Assembly: GCA_030390025.1 (NCBI GenBank)
Contig: CM059432.1
Coordinates: 121,522,001-121,586,000 of the forward strand
Reading direction: 5' to 3'
Source: Squalus acanthias
Lineage: Eukaryota
DNA: 64,000 bases
The translations under genes and the position numbers were made by a program. Below the pieces are notes generated by a model. The model did not search any database and was not told the DNA's origin. It saw nothing but the letters and a program-made list of their open reading frames with translations. Numbering within the stretch: position 1 is the first letter of the stretch; every line of letters starts with the position of its first letter. Positions 52,318-62,718 of the stretch are shown here, piece after piece.

Positions 52318-53009
52318 ACCCCCCCCCGCCCCCGCCTGATTCTAAAATCATGAAGGGAATTGGTGAGGCCAATGTGGGGTAATTATTTGTGCAAAAGGTG
52401 ACTAGAGTCAGGGAATATAATTATAGGCAAAGGAAACACAAGCCAAATGTATATCAAAAAATAGCTGCTTCACATTTGGAGATATTAACTGATGAAAGAA
52501 AACAGGGAATTTGAACTCGGTTCAATAGGAAATTAACAGATTCCTTCAAATCAACTGAAGAAGTGGAGATACATGTGTGATGCCAGGATAGGAGGATGAT
52601 GGAGAGGGTCTGACTTGGTCATGAATGTGATCAGTGATACAATTAACTAGCGGGGCTGAAAGGCTTGAAAAAAGGACCTGGAATCATGCTGAGGCCCAGG
52701 CTCCTCCCCAAGAAAGAAAGATTTGCTAAAAGTTCAAATTGGTCATGTACATCTCTCCCAATTTCCAGAGTTACTGAGATAGTAACCTTCAGACCATGAA
52801 GGGACTTATAAGAAATGGTAGAAGATGTTTTTCTGCATATATGGCCATGGGCAACATAGAGTTAGTTATTCACATTTTCAACCATGCAACCCAATTATAA
52901 TGCTTATGGTTCGAAAGACCTGGATTTCCTTTTCTTTTGTGTAACTGTGACCTTTTTAGTCTTATTTAGCTCTTCATTTGTTCATTTTAACCACATTTTC
53001 TCTGTCAAT

Positions 53010-53645
53010 TTGTTAAGAAAGCATACAGGATCCTGGACTTTATAAATAGAGGCATAGAGTACAAAAGTAAGGAAGTTATGCTAAACCTTTATGAAGCACT
53101 AGTAAGGCCTCAGCTGGAGTATTGTGTTCAATTGTGGGCGCCACACTTTAGGAAGGATGTCAAGGCCTTGGAGAGGATGCAGAGGAGATTTACTAGAATG
53201 GTACCAGGATGAGGGACTTCAATTATGTGGAGAGACTGGAGAAGCTGGCATTGTTCTCCTTAGGGCAGAGAAAGTTAAGGGGTGTTCAAAATTATGAAGG
53301 GTTTTGATAGAGTAAATATGGAGAAACTGTTTCCACTGGCAGGATGGTCGATAACCAGAAGACACAGATTTAAGACAATTGGCAAAAGAACCAAAGGAGA
53401 TGTGAGGAGAATTTTTTTTTATGCAGCGAGTTGTTATGATCTGGAATGCACTGCCTGAAAGGGCGGTGGAAGCAGATTCAAAGTAACTTTCAAAAGGGGA
53501 TTGGATAAATACTTGAAAAGGAAAGAAATTGCGGTGCTATGGGAAAAGAGCAGGGGAGTGGGACTAATTGGATCGCTCTTTCAAAGAGCCGGCACAGGCA
53601 CAATGGGCCGAATGGTCTCCTTTTGTGCTGTAGGATTCTATGATT
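53010..53645 (+). mobile_element. CR1 3' fragment (same subfamily as 17105-20580)
   Basis: Colinear with 19140-19221 plus 20040-20580 and lacks both insertions, so it shows the empty sites. Confidence 0.88.
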
Positions 53646-54074
53646 ATAATTTTCTCCCCTCCCCTCCTGAATGCAATAATTCCTGTTTGGTTTCATGGGT
53701 GTCAATCATCCTTTGCTACCTGAGTGACCATTATTCATATGTGATATTCGACAGTGAATAGCAGTGCTGTGGGTGAGAGCGATCATATCTTTATTCAAAG
53801 TCTACACATGTACACTTCTAGCGGTTGGAAGGGCTCTCATTGAAAAGCTCTCAGGAGAAGGAACCCCGAAGACTTTTTCCTCCTTAACTTGGGGGACGGG
53901 TGCCAACTATAACTCCAACTAATATCAGCTAACTTAGCACAAACCAGTTATTGAACCTGGAATCAACCAGTTTGGCATGTCTCAGCTGCTCATTTACTTG
54001 CTGAGTTACAGGGAGAGCCCTGATCCTTTTGAGTCTAATTTGAAATTGCTTCCTGACTTAAAGAATTTTAATTT

Positions 54075-54854
54075 GGCCCAGATTTTGCGGTGGTAATGAC
54101 GGCGAAACTGTCAGCATTCGCCGGCAAAACCCCTTTGAAACTGACAGCAACTTCAGGATTTAGCGCATGCACAGCTAAACACAGAATTCCAGAAGTTGCA
54201 GTCAGTCATTCCCTGCTCCGCCATAAGTTGCATTGTGGAACTCCCCAGAACCGGCAATCAATTCAAATCACACTGAAGGACGAAAGCTTCCCCTATTACG
54301 CTGAATATCGCTGTTAAACATGCCCCCTCCACCTCCCACCCCCACCCCACACCCCCAAAAAAGTTAAGCCTCATGAAAGATGTGTAACTGGGTTTTAATG
54401 GTGTATTGACTGCTGAACAACTGTTCTGGCCCTGATGAACTAATTTTATGTTTGTGGAATGTCAAATATTTCCATTAATGAGTTTAAGAATTACATGGTT
54501 TAAAAAATTTTTTAAAGTTTGTTTATGATATTTCAGCTTCTACCTTAATCCTATGTGTATGTTCCAATCTTTATTTCACTCTCTGTAAAATTTATAAAAA
54601 GTAAATTAGAATCTGTGCATTTTACTTCCTGGTTTGCTGACTGTGAGAATTCTTCAATGTGATTGGCTGCTCAGCCTGCTTGATGACATCACTGTTACTG
54701 GACACTGGAGATTCGCTTGATTTGGTGCCAGATTCAAACTAAGGTCTTGAGAGCTAAAATTCATGCCACAGAGATCACTAGATCTTTGTGGGCATCTTTC
54801 TTTGAGGTCAACGGCGAGCGCCATTGCTTCGCTGCTGACCGCAACATCCGGGCC
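54075..54854. mobile_element. Harbinger-type MITE
   Basis: TIR GGCCCAGATTTTGCGGT / ACCGCAACATCCGGGCC. Confidence 0.75.
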
Positions 54855-56374
54855 AATATGTTTTATAATCAGCTTTAAATGTACTAATTAGAATTTTTTA
54901 TTTGAAGCATCCGAAACTGGCCAGAAATTCTGTGCAGAACATTAATTTGTTGTTGTACATCGGCTCATTCTCTGGTGACTATTACCACTTTAACACAATT
55001 GATGACAAATTGTAGCCTGCAGTGTTAACTTAATTATTCTCATCAATAACAGAGAATTGATTGCTCCAAATACCTTCTGTAAACATGTAATCCAGTGTAA
55101 TGTGGTGCTCAAAGCGATTACTATAATTGAAGTGGAGCGAAGAGGAGAGAAGCTAAGTGTCACATGACAAGGATGTAGCCTCCTGCCATATTTATTGACA
55201 TCAGTTAAAGTGGGCAGCACTGTTCAGTACCATTCTGGCTGTTCAACATAAATCTAGCTGCTTACAGTGAGTGTGTGTGTGTTCATACATGAGGAGTGTA
55301 AAAAAAAAATGTGATCCAGGCTCCAGGTGCAGAGATCTCTTGCAACTCCTGCTGAGTTATAACCTACGACAGTGCCAGAAAAGCTGAGTTGAAGCTATCG
55401 TTCAGTGTGAAGTTTGCAAGCACTTGCATTGCGCTTCCCTTCCTGAAACTGGCACGAGGGCACAGCCAATCACAGTCCACACCTGTGACATGCCAGGTGA
55501 TAATCAGCATGAGCTCCTGCTGGAAGCAGAGGTAGAAGGTCAAGGAAAACGTGTGATGGCTGATTGACAAGTTGCAACACTTGGTAAGAGGGTGCAATGT
55601 CGTAGGTTTGCAGAAGAAAACTGCAGGGCTAAAAAGTGAGATATAGAATGGGTTCTTGTGACCATCTGCCAAGTTCATGGTCACTTTTTACTGATACCAG
55701 CTCTTCATTCCAGATTTTTTATTTAACTAAAACTGCCATGGTGGGATTTGAACCACACATTTAGTTATTCATCTAAGACCTCTGGAGTACTAGTCCAGTA
55801 ACATACCCATTATGCTATTGTACTCATATGAATAGATAGGGAGACTGAAACTTGTTGGGCAGGTAATAAAAAAGAAGAGCAGAATAAATATATAGGGGGA
55901 GAAATTCAGTTGGTTAGCGCCTCCCGTTAGCGCCTGGCGGGGGGCGCTAATGGGGCACTAATGAAGTAGCGCCGGGGCGAGGCGCATCCAGCGGCGCACG
56001 GCAAATCTAGTCGCCCCTTAGCGCCGCCGCTAACAGTTAACGCCTGGGGCATTAGCGCCAGGCAGATTGTAACGTCAGTGAGCATGCAACGCTCACTGAG
56101 CGCCCGATCTGCTAAATTGATTATCGCCCCCTGCCTGTGTGCCTCGCCCTGACAACGACAGGAAGAGGAGCCATGAAGCAGGCAGATGGCGGCTCCAGGG
56201 ATCAGTCGCAGCTGTCAGGTTAGTGCTGTTTCACTGTTTCCTTGTCAGTTTGCGATTGTGCAAGATTTTAATTCAGTCATTTAAAGGTTCTTTAGTATCA
56301 GGAGTGTTAGGGCAACTAAACATTTGTTACATTTATTCTGACAAAATTTCAAAGTGTTAGACATTGTTACATTA

Positions 56375-57550
56375 ATGGGGGCTGTACTGGCAGTCGACCT
56401 CGCCCTCCAGGATCTACTGCGGAGGGAGCAGAGGCAGCGAGAAAGATTGGAACGTGTGGCCAGAGGGAGGAGGAGGGCCATCAGGGATCTCAACAGGAGG
56501 CCTTACCCTCCGATGATATTCCGAGAGCACTTTGCCGACCTCCAATGAAGTGAGGAGCAGTGCAGTAGAAGGCTCCGCTTCAGCAAGGAGGTGGTCACAG
56601 AACTCTGCCACCTCCTGCAACCAGACCTCCAGCCTCAGATCAGGGTAACCACGGCTCTCTCAGTGGCAGTCAAGGTCACCGTCGCCCTCAATTTCTTCAC
56701 CAGCGGTTCCTTCCAGTCTGCAACAGGAGATGTAGCGAACATCTCGCAGTTCGGCGTCCATCGCTACATCCGGGAGGTCACAGAGGATCTCTACAGTAGG
56801 AGAAGGGATTACATTTCCTTCCTCATCACCAGAGAGAAGCAGGACGAGCGTGCATGTGGCTTTGCCAGGATAGCGTGCTTCCTCATGGTGCAGGGCGCCA
56901 CTGACTGCACCCACCTGGCTTTGCAGGCACCACATAACAATCCTAAGATCTTCCGTAACCGCAAAGGTTACCACTCACTTAATGTACAGTTGGTGTGCAA
57001 CCACACATGGCGAATCCTCAAATGTGAATGCCCACTATCCTGGCAGCAGCCACGATGCCTTCATCCTGCCAGCACTCTTCCAGCCACCACATCAAGCTCA
57101 CGGCTAGCTGGTCGGAGACAAGGGCTATCCACTCTCCACCTGGCTCATGACTCCCCTCCGCAACCCCAAACTCCTGCTCAGCACTCATATAATGAGAGCC
57201 ATGCCGCCACCAGGAACATAATCGAGCAGACCATCGGGGTACTCAAGCAACGGTTCCGCTGCCTTGACCGCTCGGGAGGAGCCCTCCAGTACTCGGTTGA
57301 GCGGGTGTCCCATTTCGTCGTGGTCTGCTGCATGCTCCACAACTTGGCCATCATGAGGGCCCAGCCCTTGCCACCAGGGATTGCAGGACCACCTCAGGAG
57401 GAGGAAGAGGGAGAGGAGGTGGAGGAGGAGGAAGAGGAAGATGAGGAGGAGGAGGAGGAGGAGGAACAGGAGCGAGGGAGGAGGCAGCCACTCAATCAGC
57501 CATCGGGAAGGGCGGTCCGTGATCGCCTCATCAGACTGTGGTTCCAATAA
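56375..57550 (+). pseudogene. HARBI1-like DDE transposase, nearly complete
   Basis: GATDCTH, RNRKGYHSLNVQLVC, GDKGYP (in a shifted frame near 57113), RNIIEQTIGVLKQRF, CCMLHN and a poly-E tail. One in-frame stop at 56546 and two compensating frameshifts. Confidence 0.9.
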
Positions 57551-57715
57551 ATTAAATTCCAGATCCCCATTGCTCACCACATCCCTAACATTCCATCCCT
57601 GTCACAGGCTACATCAAAGTGCAATACTGAAATGAGAGACACCACAAAATCATCCAAAGCCAATTAATAAATTTATCCATAATCAGTGAACACATATTTA
57701 CAACAACAATATTAA

Positions 57716-58314
57716 CTATTCACCCTTGTGCAATCCCTTAGTGCCCCTCGTTACTGTGCCTTTGCCTACTCTAGTGCTCCTACGAAGTGTTGGCCCAGTG
57801 GCTGCAGCACGGCTGGTGGAAGGCTGCTGAGTGTCCATGCGGGAGACTTCAGATGGCCTTGCAGGACACCCTTGACCAGCTCTGGGCCTGGAAGGCCCGG
57901 CTGTAGACTGTACCACCTCAAAATGGGCAGCAGTAGTCTGGGCTGACTGGATGACAGGCAGCGCCAAGTGCAATGGCAGCGTGCCAGTGGTGGGAGCAGG
58001 AATGCTGTCATTCTGAGAGAGGACAGCAGGTTCCTGCTCCATTGATCCACTGCCATTCCCCTGGGACAGCACCTCAGCATTACCACCAATCTGTTGGAGC
58101 ACAGATTGCTGGCCTGCTGTGACACTGTAAAAGCCCCGGTGGACAGTGGTCGACCCAGCCATGATGGCAGCAGTCAGAGCTTGCGTGGCTTCAAGCTGAG
58201 ATTGCATAAGAGCAGTCTGAAAATCGATGGCACCATTCATAGATTGCATTACAGCACTAAGACATTGCGTGCCGTCCGCCTGTGCTGCAATGGAAGCTGC
58301 GACATCGCCCATCA
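57716..58314 (-). pseudogene. Harbinger Myb/SANT gene, C-terminal part
   Basis: MMGDVAASIAAQ..AAIMAG..MEQEPAVLSQNDSI..LRRSTRVGKG, homologous to 3040-3663. The ORF-track N-terminus beyond 58314 is LTR sequence. Confidence 0.75.
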
Positions 58315-60810
58315 TGTGAAGGAATACTTCATATTCATAAAAATACACCATCCTATGAAAGAATTCTGACTTTATTAAACATGACAAACTGGGCTTGGAA
58401 GTCTGAAAGCCTCAACAAGGAAAAGCTGTAAACAGAATACAGGCTTTTGAGATAAGATAAGTTGTTGACACTGAAACAATAGCCCTATTGAAGCAGAGGG
58501 TTAGAGGTTCCCGAAAGTCTGCAGCTTGGAAAGAACACAATGGTATAACCCTGTTAAAGTGTCTTAAACCAACACTTCAAAATGAAACACAGAGCATTAA
58601 AGAATCATGTGCCTTTGTAAAAATGACATCAAGTAAAAGGAACACCTGCCGTCAAATCGTTTTTATGTTAAACTTAGAACACGGAGACAGGAGTCTGTGG
58701 TACAACCAGTTGAGGTAGCTAGGAAGACAATGATGTACCCGATTGAGGTGTTTTTAGTTTACATGTTGTAAAAAGATACAAACAGAAGACTTTGATAAAA
58801 ATGACATCAAATAGAACCACTGCCATCACTTTTTTTTTTGTTGAACTTGGAACACCTAGGAGACACAAAGGGCTGGATTTTGTCTTGGGGTCGGGTTGGG
58901 GTCGTGTTATCTGCATTTCGTGTTGGCCCCCCCGACTCCAGATTAATGTGGATGAATGATGCGATTTTAACTTAATTGGGCAATTGAGTTCCAACATGTG
59001 GGAACCCATGGCCAATGAGTTATTCCAGTCTGAAAGTCGCCTCCGATGACGTCATCATTGCTGCTGCATTTAAGGTCTGCAACAAGCCTTGCTTCCTCTG
59101 CAGGCTGCCAAGCTTTTGGACCTCTAATCTAAAGGCACCTGCAGCAGGAATGGCCAGCCAACGGCTCAGGGCTGCTCCCAGGTTCCATGACGTTGCCCTT
59201 GGTGGATGGAGCAAGAGCCAACAGGGAGGTGCTCTTCCCCTCCTCAGGGAGGAAGAAGCCTCCCCAGCAGACAAAGGCTGTGTGAGTCCAGATCGCCCAG
59301 GAGGTCACCTCCTTATCATTCACGTGCAGAACCTGGATCTAGTGCAGGAAGAGGTTTCATGACCTTCTACGTACTGCTAAAGTGAGTATGACTTTCCCTT
59401 CACCCTCAATCTGATCCCCATTGCCTCTCCTCACCAGCACTTAGCTTTAGCAATCTCTTCCTCCATATCCCACTTGACACTGACTGCCATGCACCCTTAC
59501 CCATTCCCTCTCCCTCTATGGTCACATTCACCTTACTATTCGACTATGCAGCCCTCACACTCCCTATCACTGTCATGTTTTGAAAACAACTTACAACACA
59601 CAGGGGGGGTCCTTAGTCTCGCCAGCTCAATCCATCTTTGTCTCCTTCTCAGCATCTATGCTATGGATTCTCTACACTCACTCCTTCAATCTCACTCAAA
59701 CTCCACTTGTCTCCCTCATTGCAGGAAAAGAGAGCTCACAATAAAAGGGAAAGAGCCAGGACAGGAGGAGTGCCACCCTCATTAGCCCAGCTCACCCCCT
59801 GGGAGGATGCGGTCCTGGAGATCGTGGGCGTAGAGGAGGACACGCAAGTGGGAGACGGACAGACGTGTGCATCAGAGCAAGCTGGTGACTGAATAGTTTT
59901 CCATCTCTCTCATTGACATTGCATGAGTCGCTGATAATGAATCTGAAGCTCTAACAGATGGATTTATGATCATCTGCAATATGCAATGTGCATGTAACCT
60001 TGGCATCACATCTCTGACTCTTTCCTTTACTCCCCCACAGGACCATCGCAAGCACCCGTCCCCACTAGCCAGGAGGAAGGGCCTGAGCAGACAGACTCCT
60101 CAGAGGAAGCTGCAACCTCTGAGGGCGCAGCGTCAGCAGAACTCAGCGCACCCAGCACCAGCGCAGACACTCACACCTCGGTGGGACCCTCGGGACATAG
60201 AGTAGTGTTGTCACCTGGTGTATCACAGCTCACAAGTGAGCATCAGCAGATGGTGGAGACAGGGACAGCAGTGGAGAGTCCTAGTCAGAGGGCGCAGGAC
60301 TCTCCTAGCTCGGCTCAGCTGCATGTCGACCCTCTGCCTCTGGGTCCATCCATAAGATCAGTGGTGCTGGGACTCCAGGAACAGATGCAGCAGTCTCTGA
60401 CAGGTTTTGTCTCCAGGGTCGCTGCGAGTGTGGAGTGAATGGAGGAATCCATAGCGAACATCAGCAGAGCCTTTGTGGAGTCATTGGCGCATGAACGCAT
60501 CACTACGAAAAGGATGGCAACCTCCGTGGAAAGGATGGCTACAGTACATTAGAGGATGGCTACGGCTATGGAGGAGATACGTCGCCAGAGTGCAGAAAAC
60601 ATGGTCATTGTTCAGAATAGACTGGCATCTCTTGAGGAGCGATGGTCATCTATTGAACAGAGAAACCAGACCTTCATGGAAGTCCTTCTGAGTAGGACTT
60701 CCAGTGCAGATACGGGTCCCCATGGCCCCCCTGATTTGCAGCAAGGTGCTCTCAAGCCACTTGCAAGCGCTGAGGTGGACCTGACCCATGAGAGGGATGT
60801 TGGTGGCACA
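58315..60810 (+). repeat. 5' LTR (555 bp of LTR sequence + Harbinger cargo from 58870), truncated by a deletion
   Basis: 58315 to about 59596 matches 62719-64000 with only scattered differences. Confidence 0.8.
59150..60810 (+). pseudogene. Three-exon Harbinger Myb/SANT gene inside the 5' LTR
   Basis: Exon 1 59150-59381 (RAAPRFHDVAL..REVLFP..CRKRFHDLLRTAK|gtgagt). Exon 2 59725-59884 (EKRAHNKRERARTGG). Exon 3 from 60041 has two in-frame stops. Confidence 0.85.
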
Positions 60811-60814
60811 CAAG

Positions 60815-62286
60815 AAGTAAGACGAACAAGCAAAACGTTCGGTCTGCATGACACCCGCTCGAGAGGGGCCTGCCAATGTTAGTGTAATCACTAGGGCAGA
60901 ACGGGCAGCTAATCAGGATGAGGAACTGATTCAGCTATTAGACCCAACAAAAGAGAATCCACCAAGATATCGACCAAAGTACTTTTACTCGGAAACCCCT
61001 ACGGGTATTGTGCTAGTTAAGTTGCCCAAGGGAAACCGAGAAGTACCCCCGAGACACAAATGAGAACAGCTTGTAAAAGAAGCTCACGAGGGCATAAGTC
61101 AAGCACATTGTGGCGCCAGAACAACATTCTACAAATTGACCCCCTTATGGCCTGTAAAACATACGTGGCATATTGTGAGCCATGCTATTTAACCAATAAG
61201 TCATCACTAATTAAGCCACCACCATTGGCTCCTGTGAAAGCTGATGAGCCAATGAGAAAATTCTTTATTGAATTTATTGGACCACTTCCCCTGTCTTTGG
61301 GATACAGGCATGTTCTCGTTTGTGTGGATGGATGCAGTTCCTTCTGCTGGCTGGTCCCCACAAAAACTGTTTTGGAAAACGCACTAGCCAAGGCTATTTC
61401 TGACATAATTACTGAAGCTGGTGCACCCAAAATCTTACACTCCAATCAAGGTGGAGCCTTTGTATCCAAGGTCTTCAAAGCCTACTGTGAATAAAGGGGG
61501 ATTGGGTTAGAGCACAGCACGCCACGTCATCCACAATCAGCGGGGCTGGTGGAACGTAAAAACCAGGAATTAAAAAAGCTATTGGTCAAACTGTTGAGAA
61601 TCAGGGGGAATAAGTGGACCACCATCATTCCGGAGGTGCAGCTATCACTTAATAATGTGCCCGCATCTGCATCAGGGACAGTGTCCCCTAAAACTTCATA
61701 TTATCTGATGTATGTGGTTGAGATGAATACACCGCTTACCCATAGTTCTTTTATTGCCTCTATACTCTCTGAGTCCTTGACCTGACAGCGACAGTTAGAT
61801 TTAAAAAAAGAAGTAACAGAGGAGATTCATCAAATTGATCAGAGGATAAAGGAGGCAAATAGGCAGAAAAAATTGACAAACAAAGCATAGCAACCTCGAG
61901 TAGGACAATGGGTACAGGAAAAGAAGTTCGAGCAAAAACCTGGTTTAAGACCGAAGTGGAAAAAACCTGTTCAAATACATACTGTTATTAACGAAAGAAC
62001 AGTTAAAATACATATTAATCAGCCGAATGGCAAGCATATTCTTAAAACTGTCTCCACAGACAATCTCAAAAGATGTCCTGCAGGATACCGAAATGGAGGA
62101 ACAATACAAGGTGCAGTCGTACACTGTCTTTCAAGATCCAGCTTGGAGCACGACACAGGAAATGGATGCAATCGAATTACTGATGACGGTCAGTCAGAAG
62201 GTGTCGCCGACTCCTCCACACGATGCTTGGCAACGCCTCAGGAATTGGATTTGCGAAAAGCAACAACCGAAACAAGGAAAGATTAA
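60815..62286 (+). pseudogene. pol: pol 3' end: RNase H tail + foamy-type integrase
   Basis: GTQEV/DEQAK; AHEGISQAHCG..CEPC (HHCC); KFFIEFIGPLPLSLGY; ILHSNQGGAF; STPRHPQSAGLVERKNQELKKLLVKLL; PRVGQWVQE..LRPKWKKP..TVSTDNLK. Several stops and frameshifts. Confidence 0.92.
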
Positions 62287-62708
62287 TGAGTTACTTCAAC
62301 AAAGGAGGAAGACGCCGTGGATGAAGAAGAAATCAACTGAGCGCCTGGCAAGGCCTTTACGAAAACAAGAATCTGTACACACGCTGGATCGAAGGAACAG
62401 TGTGTCAAGCTTCAGCTAGTTCCAAATGACGTCTCCTTGACTCGTATGGATAACTCACCTCTACGGAACGTACATCTGCCAATTGGACATTTTAAGTACA
62501 TGTTGTTTCGCTACTTGAATGACTATGTACCTATCATCCTTTTAAATTGTGTTCAATTTAAAATAAGGCAAAACATTGTCCTAGGATGACTTAAATGGAA
62601 TTTTCATGTAGCACATGATTGTGCATCTCATGAAATTAATGTGCTATTGTAACCTTATTAGTAACATTGACCAAACTCTGTCTAGAAGATCCAGTTTATT
62701 TTTTGGTC

Positions 62709-62718
62709 AAGAGGGGTG
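62709..62718 (+). promoter_or_regulatory. Polypurine tract before the 3' LTR
   Basis: AAGAGGGGTG immediately precedes TGTGAAGG and follows a T-rich run. Confidence 0.75.

Larger units (their letters stand above)
55895..58314. mobile_element. PIF/Harbinger transposon, interrupted at 58314 by the provirus
   Basis: Terminus GGGGGAGAAATTC, TTAGCGCC subterminal repeats, transposase (+) and convergent Myb C-terminus (-). Confidence 0.88.

Noticed and set aside
56375..57550. Domesticated host HARBI1 gene
   Set aside because: It has a stop and frameshifts, a transposon terminus upstream, a linked Myb gene and several paralogous fragments in the window.
60808..60830. TGGTGGCACAC as a primer-binding site
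   Set aside because: It is not preceded by an LTR-ending CA, it matches no tRNA 3' end I recognise, and it reads as the RNase H tail.
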